Shown here: positions 36,300 through 47,000 of the stretch, piece by piece
How the letters are laid out: each line of letters begins with the position of its first letter
Position numbering within the stretch: position 1 is the first letter of the stretch
Assembly: GCA_950097015.1 (NCBI GenBank)
Contig: CATNEN010000024.1
Span: forward strand, 1,054,001 to 1,118,000
Direction of reading: 5' to 3'
Source of the DNA: Macrostomum hystrix
Taxonomy: Eukaryota; Animalia; Platyhelminthes
Length of the DNA stretch: 64,000 nucleotides
Made by a program: the position numbers and the translations under genes
The notes under the pieces: generated by a model
The model's input: the letters and a program-made list of their open reading frames with translations, nothing else
Database searches by the model: none
What the model was told of the DNA's origin: nothing

Positions 36300-37271
36300 A
36301 TTCCAATGTTGCTCCCGCTCGAGTCTCCTAGAGGCAGTTTTTCAACTGTCGCCTCCTTGACCAGCCTGCGGTCAACTGGCACGCCGGAGATAATCGGAGC
36401 GCTGCTGGGTCTAATAAAAGCCTGAGCTGCCGCTGCTGTTGCTGACGCTCGCGACTGGCGGTCTGCACGCAGCGACAGTTGAAATGGGAAGAAGGAGGGG
36501 GCGGGGAGCTGCGCTGTCTGTCAGCTTGCTCTGCTGCTTTTGCAGTTTTGCTTCGTCTAGTAATCAGAGATGGGCTACTTTGTTGTTGCTATTTGGTTCA
36601 TTCATGGCAAAGTCTAATGAAAGAGGAGAGGCTGCCACAAACTAATTAATATTTAACACATTCTTGTTCGTCTGTGATTGGCTCTGGCAAATCACAGATT
36701 TTCTAGCCCTCGCTGCACCAACCTCACGCTTGTCAGCCACCCCACTCCATTTTGCTTCCCTCGTCTCTGAATTCCTATTGGCCATCAAGGCACCAGTCTA
36801 TGGATGCTTGGCTACGTACACATTAAGAAGAAGCCTTTCTTCCTAGAGCTAAGAGCTAGAGTCAGAACACAACGACACGCAGGGTATAGAGTTATAGCTT
36901 AGCAACAAAAAATGATCAACGAGTAATTGATTCGTCTGAAATATCGAACGACAGTAATAAGTATTATTGATATTAGGCAACGGCAACTACTACAGCTTTT
37001 TGAGCATTGCTTGTGTTTTCTTTATTTTGTATTATTCTGTTGTTGTTCTAACTGTTAATGCTGTTATTTTTAGTGTCTTTGTACTTAGTGCAGCTATGGT
37101 CGTTGTTGTTTTTGTTGAGTATGTTTTCGATTTTTATGTTGGTGACTTTTTATTTTGTTGTTGGTGTTTGTCTGCGATGTTGCTTCCTTGTTTTGACTGT
37201 TTTACTCGTGACAACCGGTTTGTTTTTATATTTTTGTTGCTTTTGTTGTTGTTGTTGTTGTTGTTGTTGTT

Positions 37272-37315
<44 letters not shown>

Positions 37316-37334
37316 GCTGTTGTTGTTGTTGCTT

Positions 37335-37384
<50 letters not shown>

Positions 37385-37642
37385 GATCAAATGGAAAGAG
37401 CACAGCTACTGGGCATGCAAGTAACTAAATTTGACATCACAGTAGCAGTACCGGTCAGCTGACTGCCTCAGCAGGCCAAGCGCCGCCAGCGGCGGCATCG
37501 ACGCCGTTCTTGGCCTCCGGCGGCTGTCCAAGTCAAGCTGCTCGCCGACCAGTCGAGGCAGCCCCGGCGGCGGCGCCTGCAGCGACTGACGCGCCGTAGT
37601 TGAAGGCCGCTGCCTTGTAATTGTGACAGCTGGCTCGGACAT
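34838..37642 (-). CDS. Uncharacterised low-complexity protein; probable exons about 37642-37470, 36462-36173, 35448-34838
   Basis: GC-rich coding-like islands with polyQ and a basic KRRRAKKGKAK stretch; CAG|GTACAG donor and CCCGCAG acceptor; exon 1 junction unresolved and a frame break at 35340. Confidence 0.45.
37243..37385. repeat. (GTT)n microsatellite
   Basis: Near-perfect TTG run of about 47 units. Confidence 0.95.
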
Positions 37643-37867
37643 TCGTTCCCGGCGGGCCACAATGTCCAATAGGTGGCGCAGGAACGCCTCTGCTCCGATT
37701 TAGTTATCAGCCGTTGTAGTTTTATGGCGTCGGAGTTTTGAAGTACGATCGGCAGAGTGGGACGAAATTTGGTCGACGGAAAGGTCCGTGTTTTGTTGGG
37801 GCAATGAGCGGGGGGAGGGGTTGGAGGATAAACGCGCGGTTAGACGTGAGAAAGCTCAGGCTTGGCT

Positions 37868-37881
37868 GTTGCTATAGCAAC
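37868..37881. promoter_or_regulatory. Palindromic RFX X-box
   Basis: GTTGCTATAGCAAC fits GTHNYY-AT-RRNAAC; 226 bp upstream of ATG 37642; NRF1-like TGCGCATGCG at 37923-37932. Confidence 0.6.
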
Positions 37882-38049
37882 CATGCTGGTTGAGTTAATT
37901 CAAGGCTGTTGCGCATCCGCATTGCGCATGCGAGTTTAGTAAAATATTTCACAGACAGTCAGCGCAATCTCAGTTTGTTCATATAACAGTTAGGTTAATG
38001 TAGCTTTGGTTAGATCGCTAAGGTTAGGTATATCGTAGTCCCCGATCTC

Positions 38050-41000
38050 TTAAATGTGAGATTCTACGGCATCAATTAATTTACCTTCGTCCTGCGCCTC
38101 AATCACAGCCCGGCTCGAGGCTCCTGGCTCGTCTTCGTCGTCGGGACTGAAAGCGAGTTTTTGTTCCGGTCCGTTGCCGAATGAGTTTAAATCACTTCTG
38201 AACCTAGTTTTCTTCCCAACTCTACTCAAAGTAGTCAATTAAAAATTCTATTCTATCGACTTCTCAACTGTGAGTTGTGATCATGCGGCACAGATGAAAG
38301 CTAGTGAAATTAGGAGGTGTGCTCAAGGGGCATGCTCACAAATTGGCCTGCTGCGCTTGAGCAATCGTGCCGCGCGAGCTGAGCCGGCTGCGCATCTCAG
38401 CCTGGGCTGTGATGAAGATTTCCTCCTCAGACTTGTAGCCCCAGTCCTCGGGTTCGCTACTGCCCAGCGTCACCCGGCGGGGCTGCTTCTTGGGCCGCAT
38501 GTACACCTTCTTACCTGGGTGGATTTTGCGGTCCTCCTGCGGGTTGGATATAATTTGAACGATATTATGTGTCTGGTAGGTTGGTTCTTAAATGGGCCGT
38601 TTTACACCATCAATCAGCTTGTTCCTATCGGTTCCTAAATAGGATGCTTTACACCATCAATCAGTTTGTTTCTATCGGTTCCTAAATAGGATGTTTAACA
38701 CATTCAATCAGCTTGTTCCTATCGGTTCCTAAATAGGATGTTTTACACCATCAATCAGCTTGTTCCTATCGGTTCCTAAATAGGATGTTTAACACATTCA
38801 ATCAGCTTGTTCCTATCGGTTCCTAAATAGGATGCTTTACACCATCAATCAGCTTGTTCCTATCGGTTCCTAAATAGGATGCTTTACACCATCAATCAGC
38901 TTGTTCCTATCGGTTCCTAAATAGGATGCTTTACACCATCAATCAGCTTGTTCCTATCGGTTCCTAAATAGGATGCTTTACACCATCAATCAGCTTGTTT
39001 CTATCGGTTCCTAAATAGGATGTTTTACACCATCAATCAGCTTGTTCCTATCGGTTCCTAAATAGGATGCTTTACACCATCAATCAGCTTGTTCCTATCG
39101 GTTCCTAAATAGGATGCTTTACACCATCAATCAGCTTGTTCCTATCGGTTCCTAAATAGGATGTTTTACACCATCAATCAGCTTGTTCCTATCGGTTCCT
39201 AAATAGGATGCTTTACACCATCAATCAGCTTGTTTCTATCGGTTCCTAAATAGGATGTTTTACACCATCAATCAGCTTGTTCCTATCGGTTCCTAAATAG
39301 GATGCTTTACACCATCAATCAGCTTGTTCCTATCGGTTCCTAAATAGGATGCTTTACACCATCAATCAGCTTGTTCCTATCGGTTCCTAAATGGGCCGTT
39401 TAACACCATGAACCAGCTTGTGCCTATTGGTTCTGAAGGGGGCCGTTTAATAGCACATACTCGATCCTTCCAATGACTCCATTATTTATGTGTCTAATGT
39501 TGGCCCCTGCAATGCACGACAGCAAAAATATTGCCCATCCTGGCTAGAAGAGCAGCAAATAACTGAAGCTTGCGGAAATGTGCCAGCAAATTATAACAAA
39601 AAGCAAAGCAAATCAGTTTTCTCAGGCCCGTGTCAGCAGATTCGGCGATCCTAGCAGAATGGGCTCAGCTGAGGTGCGACAGAATTTCTAGCAAAAGGAC
39701 ACGAGAATCGTGCTTGGCTCTCTCAGTCACATATACATATATAAGCGAAAGTGCAAACGTGTTTGAAGTTTGAGTGCTTCAGGATTTGGAATTAGAAAAT
39801 GGTGTCAAATCAGACAAATTCACCTCCGCTTGCGGTTCAGTGGCGGCCTGCAATAACATGAATTGTCATTCGTTCTTGCGTTCTGACGGATAATAGCACA
39901 ACTTCAAACCCAATTGGGGCCGAGCAGAAACTGACGCATGACGCATGACACAACGGTCGACCCGCAGACGCACACAAACGCACCCACACAGATGTGCTAG
40001 ATCTGACAAAAAAGCATTTTATGACTTTCTTAAGCGCCTGCTGGACGCTTAAACAACTCAAAATTTGCTCACCTCTTTGTGAAAGCGAGTCATCTGCACG
40101 ACTCGGGCGCCACGCTTGGTCTGATCAACATTGTCAAACCAGACGCTGATCCTGCGCTCCAGGTCCACCAGGTGCTCGCTGCTGGTGTCGAAGTCCTCGA
40201 ACTCATCCAGCACCCGTCTGGCTGCCTCATAGGGGTCGTCAAGTCGGTGACTGTCGGCTGCCGCAGCGCCACCCTCAGCGCCGCCTTCGTCATCTGTGCC
40301 TGGCTCCTCCACCGCGAACATGGCGGCCGCCGTCGAAGTCGCAGCCGGTTTGCCTCCCATCTTCGCGTCCTTGGCTTTCTGAGCGGCCAGCTTCCTCTCG
40401 CGCTTCATCTTGTTCCTGTAGAACACGGTTCCGGGCCCGTAGGGGTCGATTAGGGGCCCACGCGACGGTATGAAATGCGACATGTCCGAGTCTTTCACAT
40501 CGAAGTCGCGCTCTTTGTCAGCCTTTTGACGGCGCCGCTCCTCGGCCCGATGAGTCTCGACAATGCGGTGGCACAGGTTGCGAATGAGTGGCACCTGCTT
40601 GTCCAGTGCCCTGGTCACTCGCGACATCAGCTTGGTCTCGGCTTTGCGAGCCAGTATCTCCAGCGTCTGGGCCATGTTGCGCTTGTTCAGCACGAGGCGC
40701 TCGAAGTTCTTGGAGTCCAGCACGAACACCTCGGTTGGTTGGACGCAGACGACGGACTGGGCGTAGGTAGCCAGGTCCATGCCGTGCTCCACGTCGCCGA
40801 TCATCTCACCTGGACCGATCAGCGAGATTTCAACGTGCCGCTGCGATTGGCGATGCTCTGCGGCTGCGTAACCCCGACGACGAATTGGCTTCTCCCACAG
40901 CTGCTGGTGGCGCCGGGATTGCGACCGGTCGTCTGAGGTCCTGCGGGCACAGTGGGGTCAGGTCTGACAGTGTGGGATGAGAACTGACAGTGTGGGATGA

Positions 41001-44000
41001 GAACTGACAGTGTGGGATGAGAACTGACAGTGTGGGATGAGAACTGATAGTGTGGGATGAGAACTGACAGTGTGGGATGAGAACTGACAGTGTGGGATGA
41101 GAACTGACAGTGTGGACTAAGGCAGAGAGACTGCGACTTAGAGTTGACGAAGATTTACAGCGATTGATTTATTGACTCACGAGTTAAATAGCAATCAGTG
41201 CCAAGGTGTAAAAGTGAGAGAGAAAGGCATGCACGCGGTTGATGTACATTAGACACCCAGAGAAGTGAACGCATATGTACGATGCATTGCAACACACTAC
41301 AATCCTCCCACGCAAAGAAAAGAGAAGACTCGAAGGAAATAAATAAATTCAAAAAGAATAAAAACGCAGAAAGTGATTGGTGCAACTTAAGCAATATTAA
41401 GACAGTCCATGAATGAGTTCAGCGCAGCCATTCAATCAAAAGTTCAACCCGGCACATATCGATCAACCGGCATCCGCCTCCGCACCGGGTAGCGCCACTG
41501 GGGCAGCTCGTCCGCAGCGTCTCCGCCGCCGTGCAGCTCGTGCGCGAAGGGCGGCTGCTCGAAACGCTCGACGTCGGGTGCCGGCAGGAACAGCGGCCGA
41601 AGGCGGTTTACGTTCACTCTGCGCGTCTTGCCATTCTTGCCGATCTCGACCACCAGATTGCGCTGGGACAGCACCCGCCAGCCGGGGTCCCAGTACGGCG
41701 CCAGCTTGGAGCCCCTCAGCTCGATGCGCAGCAGCACCTCGTCGCCCTGGCCGAATCTGCGCAGCTGCCCGGCTGACCTGTTGTAGTCGCTCTGCTGCTC
41801 GCCAGCCGCCTGCACCAGGTGCTCCTCGACAAACTCTCGAATGCGCAGCAGGTCGGCCTCCAGCTTGTCTGCGTAGGTCCGCACGTCGTAGAACCGCCTG
41901 GGCTGCTGGCTGAGGACTGGCAGACAAGGGTCACGCCCGGTGAAGACCTTCAGCGGTGGCAGTCGCGTTGAGCAGTGCACTCGCGAGTTGTAGGACAGCA
42001 GGATCAGCGGCAGCTTGTCCTCCCACTCGCTCTCTCGCTCGGTGAAGCACCTGAGTAGTTGCAGCACGGACTTGTTTCCCGACTCGGCCAGTCCGTTTCC
42101 TTTCGGATTGTACGCTGTGGTTCTTGTCTTGGTGACTCCCAGACCGCACAGAGTGTCTTGAAAGAGCTGGCTCTCGAAATTCGGGCCTTGGTCCGAGTGG
42201 ATGACTCGAGGCAGTCCAGCCTGGGAGCAGATTGAAAGGAAGGCGCGAGCCGTAGTCTGGGCCGTCTGGTCTGGTAACGCCACAGCCGTCAGGTACTTGG
42301 AAAATTGGTCCTGAGCTACCAGCAGGTAATGGTTGCCGCGTGATGATGGTGCCACCTTGACGATGTCGATGGCCACCGAGTCCCATGGCGATCCGATAGG
42401 CAGCTCTCCGAGTGGCGCCTTGGGCTGCGAGCCTGCCTTCTTCTCCTGGCAGACGGCGCAGCTCTGGCAGTGCTGCAGGACATCCTCAGCCATGCCCGGC
42501 CAGTAGGCAGTCAGCTTGAGCGTGCGGTAGCATTTCTTGGCACCGAAGTGGCCTCCCAGACCTTCGTGAGCGTCTGCTAGGAACTGGTGTCGTAGAAATG
42601 CCGGCACCACTGGAACTTCCCTCAGTCCGTCCAGGTCGTTGAACTTGCGGGAGAGAACTCCGTCATCATTCAGCTTCAGCTTCCTCCAGATTCTGCTCAG
42701 CTGCTTCAGCGGTCCTGACCGCCATCTTGGAGGCACGTCTGGCTCGTTGACGATCGCTTGAATCACCTGACTAAGCTCTGGATCTTGCCGCTGAGCAGTT
42801 TTGAGCTCTTCCGAGCCGATTTCTGCTGTCAGTTGAGTCGCTGCAATTTCCGGGGCGTGCAGCCTGGACAGCGCGTCGGCATCAGAATTCTCCACACCTC
42901 TGCGGTACTTGACGGTGAAGTCGAACTCTTGGAGCAGCAGCCGCCAGCGACCCAGCCTACCATAGCTATCGATTCTCTGGGAATCGATGTAGGTGAGCGG
43001 GCAGTGATCCGTGTGCACCGTGAAATGCTTGCCAAGCAAGTAATGCCGGAAGACTTTGAAAGCGTGCAGGATGGCCAGACACTCCTTCTCTGTTGCCGAG
43101 TACTTTTTCTCCGCCGAGTTGAACGCCCTGCTCGAAAACTCGATCACTGCATCGCCTTGCTTCAGGATTGCACCGACCCCACTGCCGCTGGCATCCGTGA
43201 AGACAGCGAACTCCTTGGAAAAGTCCGGGTTCACCAGGATCGGAGGACTCATCAGGCAGATCTTGAGCTCGTCGAAGGCAGCTTGGCACTCTGCAGTCCA
43301 CTCAAACGCCACGCCCTTGCCAGTCAGGTGGTGAAGTGGTGCAGCGATGGCAGAGAAGTTGGCAACATGGCGGCGGTACTGGTTGCACAGGCCGATAAAC
43401 TGGCGGATCTCCTTGACTGACCTCGGCTCCTTCCACTGCTGAATCGCCTCCAGCTTCTCTTTGCTTGGCTGAGCTCCCTCCTTTGAATAGCGCATGCCGA
43501 GGAAAGTCACTTCAGGCACCGCGATCTTGCACTTGGAGCCTCTCAGTGTCAGTCCGGCTGCTCGGACACGCTGAAGTGCCTCTCGCAGTTGCAGCAAATG
43601 CTCCTTCCTGGTCTTTGAGAAGCACAGGCTGTCATCGAAAAACGTGAAGACGAAGTCACAGCCATTGAAAACTTTGGACATAAGCATGCAGAACGTGCTG
43701 GGGCCACCTGACAGGCCTTGAGGCATTCTCTTAAATTGGTATAGCGGCATCCCTGGTCCAGGGCTAAAGGCCGTCTTCTGTCTGTCTTCTTCAGCCAGAG
43801 GGATCTGGAAGTAACCTCCATTGAGATCCAGCACTGAGAACACCGTGCTGCCCGCGATTCGATCTCGTGCCTCCTCCATTAGCGGAATTCCTTGCGCCGA
43901 CCGAATCGTCTTCTTGTTGAGCTCTCTGTAGTCGATGGTCAGCCGCAGACCGCCGTCCTTCTTGGTCACGTACACCGGTGGAGCCACGTACGGACTCTCG

Positions 44001-47000
44001 CTCAGTTCGATCACGTCGTTCTCCAGCAGCTCCTGAATCAGCAGCTCCGCCTTCTCCCGGTAGTGCACGGGCATTCGGCGCGGTGGGACACGAACTGGCA
44101 CCTCATCAGCGAGAACAATTCGATGCTGCTGGAGATGCGTAAGTCCCGGCTTCTTCTTGAACACGTCCTTGAACTCCATCAGCAGTCGCTGAACTTCGAG
44201 GTCATCGGTGGTTGGCAGCTCAAAATCCACGCAGCTGAACTCGGGCACGAGAGCATCCTCGATGTCAACTTGGTCGTCCGTCTCACTCTGGAACCTTGCA
44301 CTGCAGATACGACCAGCAGCTGCAGGGTTGGCCTTGAAGTACAGCTGCAAACGGTGCTTGCCGATGAAGTCGATCCCGACGATGACAGGACAAACCAAAT
44401 CGGACACCACGTAGAACAAATGCAGCGCTGTCACTTTCCCGACTGTGAGCGGCAACTCGATCTGCCACTCGATGCTGATTGGCTGCTTGTTCACCGAGTG
44501 CAGCTGCACTCCGGCTGAAGTTGCGCGGCTGAGCTGCGATTTCGTCAGAATGCTGGAGTCGACCAGTGAGCACTGGCTGCCGGTGTCTAAAAGCGCCTTT
44601 ACACTTCTACCATCAAGCTTGCACTCAAACTGCGAAAGTCGGTCGGGCGTAACGCTGCATCCACTGAAGACCCCGCCGACTGCGAGCGCTGGCCCCGGAA
44701 CCTGCGCTGGTGAACCCGCAGTTACTGCTGGCCGAGGTGGCGGGCCCGCCCACCCCAGCCTCTGGCGTTTCCCGACTGCTGCCGCCGGCTGTAGCAGTCC
44801 TTGGCGATGTGGCCGGTTTTGTGGCAGTTGTAGCAGACGATATCGGATCTCGGTCGGTGTGGCCTTGCTGTACTGCTGCTTCTCACTCCACAGGCTGCCA
44901 GCTGCTCCAGCTGGGTGCTCAATGTACTCACTGAGGCCTGCAGACTCTGCACTGTGTCCCGCAGCTCCTGAACTTCGCTGGACTGGCTCTGCCGAGGCTG
45001 TACCGCAGCTGCTTGCGTTGCTGCTGGATTGTGCTGCATCAGTAGCTGAGCCTTTTCAAGCGCTTGCACTGAGGTCTTGATGTTAGTGTCTGCTCGAATC
45101 TGCCAGCCCACGGAGTCTGGCAGGCCACAGATGAACTGATGAAACAGCAGGGCTTCTCGAGCATCCACATCGACCACGGCAGAGCTCTGCAGCAGTTTCT
45201 TCAACTCGTACAGGTACATGCGTGGAGTCTCACTTGCCAAAATTCTCCTCGCCTTGAACGCCTCCATGACGGCGAAGTGCTCTCGGTCCGGGTGGAAAGC
45301 ATTCTCCAGTGCTCCAGTAACTTTGCCGAATTCTGCCTGATCGGCTGCAGACAGTTCCAAATAGACGACAAGGGCCTCGCCGTCTAGAAAAGTTGCCAGT
45401 CGCTCCGCCTTGCAAGCGTCCCACTTGTTCACTTTGGCACAAACTTCAAAACGCTGCAGCCATTCTTTAAAGTTGCCTGCACTGAATACTCTGGGCAGCG
45501 CTGCACTAGCTTTCTCAGCCATTGTGGAAACCACGCTCTGCTACCACTGTGTGGACTAAGGCAGAGAGACTGCGACTTAGAGTTGACGAAGATTTACAGC
45601 GATTTATTTATTGACTCACGAGTTAAATAGCAATCAGTGCCAAGGTGTAAAAGTGAGAGAGAAAGGCATGCACGCGGTTGATGTACATTAGACACCCAGA
45701 GAAGTGAACGCATATGTACGATGCATTGCAACACACTACACAGTGTGGGATGAGAACTGACAGTGTGGGATCAGAACTGACAGTGTGGGATCAGAACTGA
45801 CAGTGTGGGATGAGAACTGACAGTGTGGGATCAGAACTGACAGTGTGGGATCAGAACTGACAGTATGGGATCAGAACTGACAGTGTGGGATCAGAACTGA
45901 CAGTGTGGGATGAGAACTGACGGTGTGGGATCAGAACGTACAGTGATTTGTTGCTGTAGGAAAGAATAAATATGAAAAGTTATCTGCAATCATTCCTTTT
46001 TAAAGTGCTAAGAAATTCAATTGTTTTACAAGTCAGTGAACTATGGCTAAAAAATACAAGCTATAGTAGGTGGAAACATAGGACTCAATAATCTTCTAAA
46101 AAATGTGCGACTTTCCGATTGCATAAAAAGCAATCTTCAAAATTTACCCATCGAGGTGCGTAGGTAAAAATTTAGGCTTGAAACGGAAACGCGACGAAGA
46201 ATAGAGGACTAGATTTTGAGTACTACGACTCATAGAATGCTGAGCATTTGTACATCGACTGAGGCAACACGGGTGAGAAGATGACTTATGGTTGTATATA
46301 AAAACGCGGATCAGTTGATTGTTTTAACCATTCCTCGACGGGACAATAAAGTGAAGGGAACAAAGGCAGTAAGGAGCTATTTTTAGCCTGAATGCAACTG
46401 TCTGGCACATTAACTAGTGATTGGGGCGCCAGCATTGGACCTTAGCTGCTATCATGTCTATGGCATAAACTATCTGGGGCCTAGACTGCTTTTGGTCAAA
46501 AAGTTCTGTAGCCTAAATTGTCTATGGCCGAAACGTCTATGGCCTAAACTGCCAACTGTCTATGGCTCCAAATATATATGGCCCAAGCTTTCTCGTATGA
46601 CCCAGATGTCTATACCCTGAATTGTCAATGGTACAAACTAAAAATACTTCTAGGTAAAAACTTTGACCCACCAAAAACGTAAACTCGCCAAACCCGACAA
46701 ACTAGATGCATTTGAATCTAGGCAAAAATAAACATGCAAAAGTTACTAATAGACAGTGTATGTGCAGATTTATCGAACAAGGAGATTAAAATGGTAAGCA
46801 TGCAGAACTGAATACTACACACTAAAAAGACAGTTTTGGTAAAGCTATAGTTTTGCCGCACATAATTTTACCATCGATTGTATCCAGCGAATTGTACTGA
46901 ATTCTTGATGCCATATTTTCTTAAATTTTGGGCAGAGCGAGACTCGGTTACTTGGAGTAAAAAAGCTGAGTTTTTTTGCAAATGCTACATCTTAGAATCT

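Larger units (their letters stand above)
41111..45740 (-). mobile_element. Full-length Ty3/Gypsy LTR retrotransposon 2 (about 4630 bp), iMet-primed, in a CNBD intron
   Basis: 191-bp LTRs at 41111-41301 and 45550-45740 with one mismatch; PBS 45527-45546; GGGAGGA purine tract before the 3' LTR; gag with CCHC knuckle; intact PR-RT-RH-IN; flanks give a CAG (3 bp) or CAGTG (5 bp) duplication depending on the LTR boundary. Confidence 0.96.

Noticed and set aside
37058-37462. PolyQ/N, polyV and polyC ORFs
   Set aside because: Translations of the (GTT)n microsatellite.
37689-38085. Extending the CNBD gene into the downstream uncharacterised ORF via GAA G|GTAAAT
   Set aside because: Phase-compatible but the acceptor is weak, and the would-be intron contains the X-box/NRF1 promoter-like motifs; the two-gene model is preferred but unproven.
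43590-43660. FFDD instead of YxDD in the RT of element 2
   Set aside because: FxDD variants are known in active Gypsy and LINE reverse transcriptases; not evidence of novelty or inactivity.
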